Origin: a virus
DNA: 64,000 bases
Reading direction: 5' to 3' (one strand)
IMG/VR virus record: IMGVR_UViG_3300020579_000012
Coordinates: 1-64,000 of that record
This document shows positions 1-8,141 of this stretch, piece after piece (positions within the stretch are counted from its first letter, which is position 1; each line of letters starts with the position of its first letter). A model generated the notes under the pieces. It was not told the origin of the DNA, searched no databases, and worked only from the letters and a program-made list of their open reading frames with translations. The translations under genes were made by a program, and so were the position numbers.

Positions 1-150
1 CCGCGCAGGAAGGCACCGGGCAGGACGGCACCGCGCAGGTCGGCACCGCGCAGGTCGGCACCGCGCAGGTCGGCACCGCGCAGGTCGGCACCGCGCAGGT
101 CGGCACCGCGCAGGTCGGCACCGCGCAGGTCGGCACCGCGCAGGTCGGCA
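1..150. repeat. 15-bp tandem repeat CCGCGCAGGTCGGCA: 8 perfect copies (31-150) plus 2 degenerate copies (1-30). It is coding (minus-strand GADLR pentapeptides).
   Basis: Direct reading: identical 15-mers start at 31,46,61,76,91,106,121,136. Confidence 0.95.
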
Positions 151-248
151 CCGCTCTTGAGAGCGGCCAGAACGCACAGCTTGAGTGAGCCGAACTCGCC
201 CTTGAACTTGATTGATCCATCCCACCGTGACTTGATTTCAAATTTCAT
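1..248 (-). CDS. pentapeptide-repeat protein, N-terminal part (continues past the left edge)
   Basis: ATG at 248 follows AAGGATAGG. Translates [43 protein letters not shown]..., the A(D/N)LXX signature. Absent from the ORF track because no stop lies in the window. Confidence 0.8.
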   Translation of the reverse strand, partial: MKFEIKSRWDGSIKFKGEFGSLKLCVLAALKSGADLRGADLRGADLRGADLRGADLRGADLRGADLRGADLRGAVLPGAFLR

Positions 249-359
249 TTGGTCCTATCCTTTCGAGTCTAGTGCGACCAACAAAAGAGCAGCCAGCAGC
301 GGCCATCCTTAATCCGCACTTCATACAGGCTGTTGCCGATGGTTATGTGCATTAGTTCT

Positions 360-551
360 TTAGTACGTTGCTTTTCCTTCGACCACAAATGTCAGCCCCC
401 ACTTCTTACAGAAGATCCTAGCCTTGCTCTCATCAACGATACGACTGTTCGTGATGCGTGCGCTACGGTTGTGCCGAAAGATGTTCCGAGAAAAAGACCA
501 ACTGATTTCATAGTCGCCGTCACCAATGTATCGACAATGTTTCATGACCAA
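360..551 (-). CDS. hypothetical protein
   Basis: 63-aa ORF co-directional with its neighbours. The competing plus-strand ORF 333..575 is less plausible in a minus-strand operon. Confidence 0.35.
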   Translation of the reverse strand: MVMKHCRYIGDGDYEISWSFSRNIFRHNRSARITNSRIVDESKARIFCKKWGLTFVVEGKATY

Positions 552-557
552 TCTTAT

Positions 558-827
558 CTACGAAACCTTCCATAGTAGTTCGTCCGGACCTCCACCTCTC
601 GTCACTTGGATTGGCGGAAACTCTCCGTTGAGCCCGACAGAGTATGCTCCTAGTGTCTTGATGAGGTAGATGAACCTATGCATCTCCTTCTTGGACGGAA
701 GCTTCGTCATCCTGCACCAGCCGTCCTCGCGCTTGGTAAACCAGCCTTCCTCGACCAACTCAGAGAGAGCATCCTCCCCGGTCAGGCTCATCGCGGTTCT
801 CATCTCATCACCTTCAAAGTTCAGCAC
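558..827 (-). CDS. hypothetical protein
   Basis: ORF track, 89 aa; small overlap with the upstream gene end. Confidence 0.5.
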   Translation of the reverse strand: MLNFEGDEMRTAMSLTGEDALSELVEEGWFTKREDGWCRMTKLPSKKEMHRFIYLIKTLGAYSVGLNGEFPPIQVTRGGGPDELLWKVS

Positions 828-1263
828 AGATCGGTCCGATCCCGGCAGCGATCGAGGACGGAGTTGTTAGAACGCGGTTGCAGCGGATGCAGTGCCCCTC
901 CTGATGGATCCGGAAGCCCTTCTCGGCCCAAGACGAGAAGGCGCCGTCGAGTGCCAGGGTCCAGAGAAGGTCAGCAAACTGGATCCAGCGGTGGCCGTCG
1001 GAGCCGTTGGGGGCGCCGGGCTTGGCCTTTGACGCCCAGACATGGATCCCACGGTCGTCAACAAAGCCGAATCTCGTATAGCAGGACGGATCGTCGTTCT
1101 GGGAGCCCGTCAGGAGCGATACGACGCGCTTACCGGGCGCGAACTCGGCGTCCTGATCCTGGGTTTTGATCCAAAAAGTCCGATGTTCACCGGTCACGGT
1201 CGACTCGATCGTGTACCGGCCGTTGAAGAGCTTCGCGACAGGTTTCTCCATGACCATCTCCAT
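814..1263 (-). CDS. hypothetical protein with C-terminal zinc-ribbon (CIRCNRVLTTPSSIAAGIGPICA, DUF6011-like signature)
   Basis: ATG at 1263 follows AAGAAGGAGGATACG. The CxxC...S..AGIGP.C motif is recalled from DUF6011 phage proteins. Confidence 0.55.
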   Translation of the reverse strand: MEMVMEKPVAKLFNGRYTIESTVTGEHRTFWIKTQDQDAEFAPGKRVVSLLTGSQNDDPSCYTRFGFVDDRGIHVWASKAKPGAPNGSDGHRWIQFADLLWTLALDGAFSSWAEKGFRIHQEGHCIRCNRVLTTPSSIAAGIGPICAEL

Positions 1264-1298
1264 CGTATCCTCCTTCTTTGAAGTCGTCGTGTACACGA

Positions 1299-1880
1299 TC
1301 AGTTCGCCAGCTCAAATGGCCCCTCGCAGAGGCCACAGATGATCGGCCCGGCTTCGAAAAGCTTCGCCGAGCCGCGAATGATCCGGCCGCACTCGCATTC
1401 GCCCTTGAGCTGACGGTTCTTCTGGGTCGCCTGAATGACGAGGTGGCCGCCGGGCCACGTCGGCAGGGCGGGGAGGAACTCCGTCTGGATCCGCTTCGCG
1501 AGCTCTGGCGAGGCCTTCGTCGCCGTCCAAGGCTTCAGGAGGCCAACCCGGGCCGCAAGCCTGGAGAACTGCTTCCGGTGGCCGCAGCCCATCGGCAGAG
1601 CCGCGTGGACCATCTCGTGCAGGAGGGTCTCGACAAGCTCTAGAGGCTCGCGCAGCATCGGCGAGATCAGGATGACCCGGCCGCCCTCGATCGCGCCGTC
1701 GGCCGAACCGCCCTTGTAGTGGCACTCGCCGATACGGCGCCGGTTCGCCGACGTGCCGCCTTTCGCCGGGAAGGACCAGGAGAGCGCGACCTGCTCAGGC
1801 GCCTCCTTCAGGAGCTTCCTCCGGAGGAGCGCGTATGCCGCCCGGAGCCACGCCTCACGGTTGATCTTGGTCGTCTTCAC
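1299..1880 (-). CDS. SprT-like zinc metalloprotease-domain protein with C-terminal zinc ribbon
   Basis: HEMVH (HExxH) motif followed by CECG...CGLC. Confidence 0.55.
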   Translation of the reverse strand: MKTTKINREAWLRAAYALLRRKLLKEAPEQVALSWSFPAKGGTSANRRRIGECHYKGGSADGAIEGGRVILISPMLREPLELVETLLHEMVHAALPMGCGHRKQFSRLAARVGLLKPWTATKASPELAKRIQTEFLPALPTWPGGHLVIQATQKNRQLKGECECGRIIRGSAKLFEAGPIICGLCEGPFELAN

Positions 1881-1889
1881 TGGATCCTC

Positions 1890-2078
1890 CTAGCAGCACT
1901 CGGGACAGACGCACTCGCCACCGTGCCCACGGGAGAGGGCCTGCCCGAAACAGTTGTACGGCTGGCCGCAGCGTCCACACTCGGTATCGTAGTTGTCCAG
2001 CTCCACACGGGCCCCACAGAGGCAGCGAATGACCTCGACCTTGCCAGTCTCCTGGTCGCGGACGATTACATTGTCCAT
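1890..2078 (-). CDS. small Cys-rich zinc-ribbon protein
   Basis: 62 aa with 10 Cys (CLCG...CGRCG...CVCPECC). Confidence 0.55.
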   Translation of the reverse strand: MDNVIVRDQETGKVEVIRCLCGARVELDNYDTECGRCGQPYNCFGQALSRGHGGECVCPECC

Positions 2079-2255
2079 ATCCGTCTCCTTCTTCGATCTA
2101 CAAGAGTATATCAGGATACTGTACAGTAGTCAAGAAGGAAATGCACAGAATTAGCAAAGAGTGCAGACGCCGGAGAAGGCCCCCTGGAAGGCCCTGGAAC
2201 GCGCCAGGGCCCCCCAGCGGGTAGGAAGGGGTGTGGAGCCTGGGTCCTGGGGGAA

Positions 2256-2528
2256 TCAGGCTCCGGACTGCTTAGGAACGAACAGAGGTCCAACCAAAGG
2301 TCTCCACTCGCAGGTCGATCGCCTCTCAAGACTCTTGGAAGTGGACGGCGTCGATCGGCAGGCCGCGCAGGGGATCCCGTCGAACCGGGTTCCAAGACCG
2401 TTCAGAATTACGACCCGCATAGCCTTGACGTCTTCAGGGCCACCCTCGACGACGGCGTCCAGGAGCGAGACCGAACCGCTCGTCGTGCAGGCCACCGGGA
2501 TGTCTCCGTAAATAAAAACGACCTTCAC
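2256..2528 (-). CDS. hypothetical protein
   Basis: ORF track; ATGA overlap with the stop of 2525..2884. The C-terminal third looks low-complexity. Confidence 0.4.
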   Translation of the reverse strand: MKVVFIYGDIPVACTTSGSVSLLDAVVEGGPEDVKAMRVVILNGLGTRFDGIPCAACRSTPSTSKSLERRSTCEWRPLVGPLFVPKQSGA

Positions 2529-2884
2529 AGCTTCGCGAGCTCCTGTCCGGTGACTTTCTTCATGGTCAGCGTTTCCTGGATCGAGACCTCCAGGATCTCG
2601 ACATTCTCGAACTCCTCGGCGCCGAAGTGCTCCTTGACTCGACGAAGGAGCGCGTCGGGATTCCCGGCCGTGACCGGATTCCCGGCTTCATCGGTCAGCG
2701 GATCGTCCGTCGACTCGGTTTTCGTGACGTCGAACTTCTGCGTGCCGGTGCCGATGTAGGCGCCATTGTCATCCTTCAGGAGTTCCTTCCCGTCCGGCCC
2801 CACCAGGAGCGGCTTCCCCGACGTGTTCAGGACCGGCGTCCGAAATGTCGACTTCTTTTTCACGACTGCTGTGAACCGTGGCAT
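2525..2884 (-). CDS. hypothetical protein
   Basis: ATG at 2884 follows AGAAGGAGATCTCAG. Confidence 0.6.
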   Translation of the reverse strand: MPRFTAVVKKKSTFRTPVLNTSGKPLLVGPDGKELLKDDNGAYIGTGTQKFDVTKTESTDDPLTDEAGNPVTAGNPDALLRRVKEHFGAEEFENVEILEVSIQETLTMKKVTGQELAKL

Positions 2885-3152
2885 CTGAGATCTCCTTCTT
2901 CTTCTCTACGGCGTTTAACCGGTGCTTGACAGCGATTGCCTCGCCGTTGAACACGGCAATCGGCCTGCGGGCGATGACCATGGTCTCGACGACTTCCGGA
3001 CCGCGCGACTTCGCCTCCGCCAGCAGCATCGCCCGATTCTTGCTGACGAAGACTCCGCCGTTTCCGTGCTCCTCGACGCGCTTCCAGCCGTCGATCGCGG
3101 AGATCCAGACCTCGTACTGCTCGGACTCCTCGGGTTTTCCTTTCTTTCCCAT
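2769..3152 (-). CDS. hypothetical protein
   Basis: ORF track, 127 aa. Its last 116 nt overlap 2525..2884, so the 3' end is uncertain. Confidence 0.45.
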   Translation of the reverse strand: MGKKGKPEESEQYEVWISAIDGWKRVEEHGNGGVFVSKNRAMLLAEAKSRGPEVVETMVIARRPIAVFNGEAIAVKHRLNAVEKKKEISDATVHSSREKEVDISDAGPEHVGEAAPGGAGREGTPEG

Positions 3153-3155
3153 GAC

Positions 3156-3488
3156 CTACTCCACACCAGGACGACGCCGGAGGTTCCCGCCGCGGCCGAA
3201 AGGCCCCTGCGTGATAGGACGCTCGGCAGCGCCCGTGCCGTCCTCTGGCTGCTCGACCGGCTCCTCTTGCTGCTCGAGGTTCGGCGGCTGAATCGCCTCC
3301 GGATCCGGAGAGAACTCCGTTACCGGAATCCAGACCATTCCCTTCGCATTCTCGGTGTCCCAGGACGAAAACAGGGCCTCGTCGCCATGTTTCCGGTAGG
3401 CCAGAATCGAACCGTCCTCTGGTTTCTCCGGATCAGTGATCCGCTGCCCAGGCAGCGCCGTCATCAGGACCGTAAGCCCGCTCTCCAT
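3156..3488 (-). CDS. hypothetical acidic/Pro-rich protein
   Basis: ATG at 3488 follows GAGGAGGATTTGACG. Confidence 0.5.
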   Translation of the reverse strand: MESGLTVLMTALPGQRITDPEKPEDGSILAYRKHGDEALFSSWDTENAKGMVWIPVTEFSPDPEAIQPPNLEQQEEPVEQPEDGTGAAERPITQGPFGRGGNLRRRPGVE

Positions 3489-3582
3489 CGTCAAATCCTC
3501 CTCAGTCGTGTATACTAAAAGTACAAGAAATCTTCCCTATCTCTCGCGGGGCGCCGGGAACCGTTCACCCGGCGCCCCTAAC

Positions 3583-4080
3583 TTATCCGCAGTCGTGGCT
3601 CTTCAAGCACTTCATGCAGAGCGGTGTATCGCAGGAGATGCAGCGTGACGCCGCGTTCTTCCTGCAGCCACAGAGGACGGTCTGAGCGAGCTTGTGCTGC
3701 TCTGGCGGCTGCGGCGCCTGCAGTCCGAGCACGTCTCCCATCTGCTTGATTGCGTCCGGGACGTTCAGAGGGCCCGGCGCTTTGATGCTGATATTCCGCT
3801 TCCGAGGTTGCTGTCCGGGGATCTGCTCGTCGACGGTCAGGTGGTACTGCGACTGAAGTGTTTGACCCATCATCAGCGGTCGAATCCGCGCCCGAATCGG
3901 ATCGTCGTGGAGTTGGACGCAGTCGAGGCACATGCAGAGCGGGCAGATCTTCTGTGCGTAGGCGCCGGTCCGTTTATCCTGAACGTAGACCATCTTCTGA
4001 CCTTCATGGTGGGCGTTCATGCAGACCTGACAGGTCATAACGACCCGCTCGCCGAAGCTGCCACGGCCAAATTCGTTCAT
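3583..4080 (-). CDS. Cys/His-rich protein with two B-box-like zinc-binding segments
   Basis: CQVCMNAHHEG...CPLCMCLDCVQLHD and CGCRKNAASRCISCDTPLCMKCLKSHDC. ATGA overlap with the ATPase gene stop. Confidence 0.55.
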   Translation of the reverse strand: MNEFGRGSFGERVVMTCQVCMNAHHEGQKMVYVQDKRTGAYAQKICPLCMCLDCVQLHDDPIRARIRPLMMGQTLQSQYHLTVDEQIPGQQPRKRNISIKAPGPLNVPDAIKQMGDVLGLQAPQPPEQHKLAQTVLCGCRKNAASRCISCDTPLCMKCLKSHDCG

Positions 4081-5483
4081 CCATTCACCTTCCGTAGGAC
4101 GATTTCCTTGCCGTTATCCTCAGCAAGGCCGTTCCGAAGGATCCAACCGATGTAGTCGTACGAGGTCGTCCGAGCGACCCCAGCGACCGTCGCGAGCTGT
4201 TGGCGCGTCGCCGAGCCGGTCTCGAGCAGATGCTCCAGCATCGTCTTCATGCCGACCTTCGGCGCCTTCTGGAGCCACTTCGAGAATACCCCCGGATTCG
4301 ACGGTTTGTTTCCCGACGACGTCGAGAGCTGCTCGAACAGGCCGCGGAGCGCGTCGTACTGCGGCCGGAGGGACTCCCGGACGGCGGCGAGGCGGCGCTG
4401 GGCGTCCTGGTCGGACCGGCGCATAGTCGCGAGCTGCTCATGTAGATCCTGGAACTTCGACCTCAGATCCTCATTCTCCTTCTGGAGCCGGTCGAACTCG
4501 GCGGCACGGACAAGCGAGTGCTTCGACGGATCAGGTTCACGGACAATGCGACCTCGTCGAGGAGTCTCCGGCACGGAGACGACAGTCCGAGAGAGTTCCT
4601 TCCGAAGCTTCTCAATGAAATTCGTTGAATCCCCGAGCTGAACCTCGCCGGGCCGGATCTTCAGCCGCTTCATCTCGCGCGGATGGAGCGTATGCCGTTT
4701 CCGAAATATGAACTTCTCGAGACGGTCCTCGCCGGGGTTCCAGTACCACGCCTCGCCAGGAGCGAGGGATCCGAGCTCGTCGAAGCACTTCGAGACCTGC
4801 TCGTCGATCCCCTTCGACTCGATCCATTCCCGGACGGTCTCTCTATCCTTCCGGTGCGTCATGCCCATGACAATCAGTCCTTCGCACTGCGATAGGACAT
4901 CCTTGTCGATCGTAGCGGCACGCTGACTTGCGACAACGACGCCGTATCCAAAGTTTCCGCCGACGATCGCGAGCTTCGAGACGGCGGCCTTGCAGACTTC
5001 CATCTGCGGGCCCCTGGCCTTCTGAGGGATTAGGACTTGCGCCTCCTCGAAAAATAGGACACGAGGGATCTCAGGTTTCGCCCGCATTAGGCGTCCAGCA
5101 AAAGCCGTCATGAAGTGTCGAATCGTCCCAAGCGACTCGAAGGCAATGTCAATCACAGCGCAGATCGGTGTCGCAAGAAGCGCTTCTGCGAGTCTCTCGC
5201 CGGAGTCCTTCTCGAACGGGATATCTCCGTATGTCCCGCCGATCACAGCAACATTCAGTTCACTTGGACTGCCGTCCGGCTTGACCCGAAGACCGTACAG
5301 ATTGTTTGCCGGATCGGTCGCAATCCATGGGCGCCCCGCATACCAGAGCTCCTCCAGGATCACACCTAGGCCGTAGGTCTTACCCTTCTTTGATTGAGCA
5401 AGCATCGCGAGCTTGACGTCGCTCAAATCTTCGGGTAGTCCGAACGGCTTTCCGCTCGGAATTAGCGTACCGATGTGCAACAT
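4077..5483 (-). CDS. FtsK/HerA-superfamily (DUF87-like) P-loop ATPase with C-terminal coiled coil and wHTH-like domain
   Basis: Walker A AQSKKGKTYG, IATDPANNLYG, Walker B-like VLFFEEAQ, VVVASQRAATIDKDVLSQCE. C-terminal TRQQLATVAGVARTTSYDYIGWIL. Confidence 0.75.
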   Translation of the reverse strand: MLHIGTLIPSGKPFGLPEDLSDVKLAMLAQSKKGKTYGLGVILEELWYAGRPWIATDPANNLYGLRVKPDGSPSELNVAVIGGTYGDIPFEKDSGERLAEALLATPICAVIDIAFESLGTIRHFMTAFAGRLMRAKPEIPRVLFFEEAQVLIPQKARGPQMEVCKAAVSKLAIVGGNFGYGVVVASQRAATIDKDVLSQCEGLIVMGMTHRKDRETVREWIESKGIDEQVSKCFDELGSLAPGEAWYWNPGEDRLEKFIFRKRHTLHPREMKRLKIRPGEVQLGDSTNFIEKLRKELSRTVVSVPETPRRGRIVREPDPSKHSLVRAAEFDRLQKENEDLRSKFQDLHEQLATMRRSDQDAQRRLAAVRESLRPQYDALRGLFEQLSTSSGNKPSNPGVFSKWLQKAPKVGMKTMLEHLLETGSATRQQLATVAGVARTTSYDYIGWILRNGLAEDNGKEIVLRKVNG

Positions 5484-5520
5484 TCCTCTGCTCCTTCTTC
5501 TTCTCCCCTGGTCGCGAAAA

Positions 5521-6072
5521 CTACAGTTCCTTCATCAGGTACTCGAAGAGTTTCTGCTTGGTTTCAAAGACGAGCTGCTCGTGGCGCGGCTCGATGTACT
5601 GCGGTACAGGCTCGTCGGAGACGACCTGATCGATCTGCCTGGATACTCCAGGGAACATGACCCGAAAGGCCTCCCTGATTTGAGCTCGATCCTCATCGTC
5701 CTTCCAGGACTCGCCTGCACCCTTGTCGTTGATCGCCCGAATCACCGCGCCGAAGCCATCGATCATCTTGTCGATAATCTCGTCCGGATCCTGGCCGACA
5801 AACGGGCTCGTCTGACGCTCAACGACACGAGGCTTCGGCTGCTCCGGGTTCGTCGTTAGTGTCAGCATGTAGCCATTCTCAAGCTTCTGAATATCGATGA
5901 CGACGGATGGAGCTTTGCTTGAGAATGCCGGACTTAGGTACGCGCCCATGCCACCTGGGTAATCTCCACGCATAAGTTTCTCCTTCTCCTTCTTCTCGGC
6001 AAGCTTAATGACCCTACGAACTTCTTCTTCAGGTGTCATCGGCACAGTAGTTCCATAGTATGCAGAATGCAT
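5521..6072 (-). CDS. hypothetical protein
   Basis: ORF track, 183 aa; no recognisable motif. Confidence 0.6.
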   Translation of the reverse strand: MHSAYYGTTVPMTPEEEVRRVIKLAEKKEKEKLMRGDYPGGMGAYLSPAFSSKAPSVVIDIQKLENGYMLTLTTNPEQPKPRVVERQTSPFVGQDPDEIIDKMIDGFGAVIRAINDKGAGESWKDDEDRAQIREAFRVMFPGVSRQIDQVVSDEPVPQYIEPRHEQLVFETKQKLFEYLMKEL

Positions 6073-6252
6073 TCACAATGGTCCAGTCCTTTTAGTCCTC
6101 TGTCGAATTAATAAAATCAAAGATGTCGAGGTGACAACGTCGACATCTGAAAAGCCTCCGTATTTTTAACTTCCCATCCTCTTGGTATTCGAGGTTGTAG
6201 CGAAACCACTCGTGATCCATAATCCAGCACCAGATCCTCCGAAGAGTCACGT

Positions 6253-6585
6253 TTACTCTTCCTCTGACGATTCCTTCGACTCCTTCGGCCGAAAGTCGCT
6301 GTGTCGCCTCTGACGTCCGTTGTACTTCCGACGCCACTTCTTCGCGTCCATGAACGTGACGACGACACGGTCCTCCGGACTGCAAACAGCGATCATAGCG
6401 ACCCCGAAGACCTTGATCTCATAAAGGGTTCGACCGAAGTTCGTCTTAACGACCTTCGCTTCGAGGGAGTCCAGCGTCTTTGAGATCTCCGCCTCGGCCT
6501 TCATATCCATCAGCAGGCCGATTCTCTTTGCTATCCGAGCCCGCGCGTGCGGAGAGAACCTCCAACCTTTCGCTTTCAAAGTCAT
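6253..6585 (-). CDS. hypothetical protein, DUF4258-like (possible RNase-toxin fold)
   Basis: ATG at 6585. WRFSPHARARIAKRIG ... TLYEIKVFGVAMIAVCSPEDRVVVTFMD resembles the DUF4258 pattern from memory. Confidence 0.4.
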   Translation of the reverse strand: MTLKAKGWRFSPHARARIAKRIGLLMDMKAEAEISKTLDSLEAKVVKTNFGRTLYEIKVFGVAMIAVCSPEDRVVVTFMDAKKWRRKYNGRQRRHSDFRPKESKESSEEE

Positions 6586-6596
6586 CGTGTACACGG

Positions 6597-6848
6597 TCAG
6601 AATGGAATGTCCTCGTCCATCTCCGCCTGAGAGTAGACGAGCTGCTTCCTACCGACCATCCCCCACACTCCGCGACCCTTCCATCGCCTCTCGAAAGCCG
6701 GGAAGACGTTCGACGGTATCGAACAGAAGTCGAACGTCCCGATCGGGTTCCAGCAGCCTATTACCTCGACGCCAAGCTTCTCGAGCTCCGCCCGGTCGGA
6801 CTCCTTCGCGCCGATCCAACCCTTGTAGACTAGGATTTCTTTAGGCAT
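6597..6848 (-). CDS. hypothetical protein
   Basis: ATG at 6848 (MPKEILVYKGW...) overlaps the upstream stop. Confidence 0.5.
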   Translation of the reverse strand: MPKEILVYKGWIGAKESDRAELEKLGVEVIGCWNPIGTFDFCSIPSNVFPAFERRWKGRGVWGMVGRKQLVYSQAEMDEDIPF

Positions 6849-7158
6849 CTGAAAATTTAAGAGTGAACTTCCCAAGTACAATGAACTGATCCAGCACGCC
6901 AAACTTTGTCTCTATGGCGTACGCGGCGCCAACAGGAACCGCAGCCGTATCGTTCGGCGGCGTCAGAAAACCGCGGCAGATCACTCGACGGTCTGACGAT
7001 AGAAAAGCAAGGTCGAATGGCTCCGGCACATTCCGGGAGTGGAAATAACCTCCCACAGGCGGTCCAACGAAGACGTAGATCGTGTCGTCTGGAATCCGCG
7101 GTAGACCTTGAAGCCCGAGCGCTTTCTCCTCCGGAGTCAGTAGCACTTTTACATTCAT
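6841..7158 (-). CDS. DUF192-family protein
   Basis: LLTPEEKALGLQG...DDTIYVF...FHSRNVPEPFDLAFL...AYAIETKFG matches the DUF192 pattern from memory. Confidence 0.6.
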   Translation of the reverse strand: MNVKVLLTPEEKALGLQGLPRIPDDTIYVFVGPPVGGYFHSRNVPEPFDLAFLSSDRRVICRGFLTPPNDTAAVPVGAAYAIETKFGVLDQFIVLGKFTLKFSDA

Positions 7159-7271
7159 GATAGTTTGTCTCCGCCAAGTTTTCCGAACGCCGTGATCGAC
7201 AGAAATGATATCACGCCGGAGACTACGCCGATGAAGGCGAGCGCTAACAGGACTGGGGACAACAGGATCAT
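7155..7271 (-). CDS. small single-pass membrane protein (38 aa)
   Basis: Own translation: MILLSPVLLALAFIGVVSGVISFLSITAFGKLGGDKLS. ATGA overlap with the next gene. Below the ORF-track cutoff. Confidence 0.35.
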   Translation of the reverse strand: MILLSPVLLALAFIGVVSGVISFLSITAFGKLGGDKLS

Positions 7272-7360
7272 GGTCACTGTGAAACGCACGAAAACCTTCC
7301 TACCGATCGCAACTAAGATCGAAATACGACGTAGATAGCCATGCCTTTAAGGAGCATACC

Positions 7361-7525
7361 ATGGTCGGCCGTGGATTTTTAATCATCTCAGCTCTGCTAT
7401 TTTTCTTCGCAGCGATCGGAGTCACGATGATTCCGCATCCAGAGTCATGGGCATTCGTCGCGCTGGCGCTCGGAATGGTAGCTGGAAACTGGTCTCCATT
7501 CTCCTGGCCTAAGAGAGGTCCGTAG
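7361..7525 (+). CDS. small two-TM membrane protein (54 aa) on the opposite strand
   Basis: AAGGAG lies 6 nt upstream of the ATG. MVGRGFLIISALLFFFAAIGVTMIPHPESWAFVALALGMVAGNWSPFSWPKRGP. Competes with minus ORF 7300..7530. Confidence 0.35.
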   Translation: MVGRGFLIISALLFFFAAIGVTMIPHPESWAFVALALGMVAGNWSPFSWPKRGP

Positions 7526-7526
7526 G

Positions 7527-7757
7527 TCATTTCTGCGCTGCCTTACGTACCTGTAAAGCCTGAAACTCGACATCTCCGATATCGGAACGCTTGACCCAGA
7601 CGAACAGGCGATGGTCTGGATCATAGAGGAGCAGCTCGTCCAGGTTTGCTGGGTACGTGACGCCTTCGGTAATTCCTGATCCGACTACTCGGAAGTGTTC
7701 AGCTCTCTCGTACGGACAGCAGCCACCGAGAAGAAGTAGAAGGACTAGTTTCTTCAT
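7527..7757 (-). CDS. lipoprotein
   Basis: MKKLVLLLLLGGC signal peptide with a lipobox. Confidence 0.7.
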   Translation of the reverse strand: MKKLVLLLLLGGCCPYERAEHFRVVGSGITEGVTYPANLDELLLYDPDHRLFVWVKRSDIGDVEFQALQVRKAAQK

Positions 7758-7788
7758 ATTCGCACTCTTTACCTCTTCTGTACTAATC

Positions 7789-8076
7789 CTACTTTTCGAG
7801 AACCGCCAGGATTGCCCCTTCGATCAAGATCACATACTCCTGACCTTCGATCTTCACGTCTCCAATAAACTGCTCCGAGAAAAGGACCGTGTCCCCCTTC
7901 TTCACGCGAGGCTCAATCAGACGACCGGACTGAAACGCGCCTGGGCCGACGCCTTCCACGATACCACGATTCACCTTCTCCCGAGCCGCGTCAGGAATCA
8001 GAATGCCGCCGGGCGTCTTTTCGTCAGCCTTGAGTCTGCGGACAACAATGTGGTCTGCCGTCGGGTTGATCTTCAT
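7789..8076 (-). CDS. groES: co-chaperonin GroES (Cpn10)
   Basis: MKINPTADHIVVRRLKADEKTPGGILIPD...GIVEGVGPG...KKGDTVLF aligns with bacterial GroES. AGGAGG lies 5 nt upstream of the ATG at 8076. Confidence 0.9.
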   Translation of the reverse strand: MKINPTADHIVVRRLKADEKTPGGILIPDAAREKVNRGIVEGVGPGAFQSGRLIEPRVKKGDTVLFSEQFIGDVKIEGQEYVILIEGAILAVLEK

Positions 8077-8141
8077 AAGTCCTCCTATATTGCCTCGCGC
8101 CAAAATAGCGCGTTTAGCACTCAACACCTTTTCTGTGCCAA

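Noticed and set aside
1-150. Tandem 15-bp repeat considered as a CRISPR array
   Set aside because: The repeats are directly abutting with no spacers, are only 15 bp long, and lie in frame inside a pentapeptide-repeat coding sequence.
678-1169. Arg/Ser/Gly-rich plus-strand ORFs overlapping minus-strand genes (also 1312-1725, 3578-3931, 16481-16777, 30251-30598, 37261-37710)
   Set aside because: These are out-of-frame or antisense readings of real genes with low-complexity, basic translations. In each case a better co-directional ORF explains the region.
2235-2264. 8-bp inverted repeat GGAGCCTG/CAGGCTCC as a terminator
   Set aside because: It overlaps the stop codon of 2256-2528, has a 14-nt loop and no U-tract, and is too weak to call.
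7300-7530. Minus-strand 76-aa ORF with ATGA coupling to the upstream gene
   Set aside because: Its translation is not protein-like. The plus-strand frame encodes a clean two-TM 54-aa protein behind an AAGGAG site. This remains uncertain, so the plus-strand call has low confidence.
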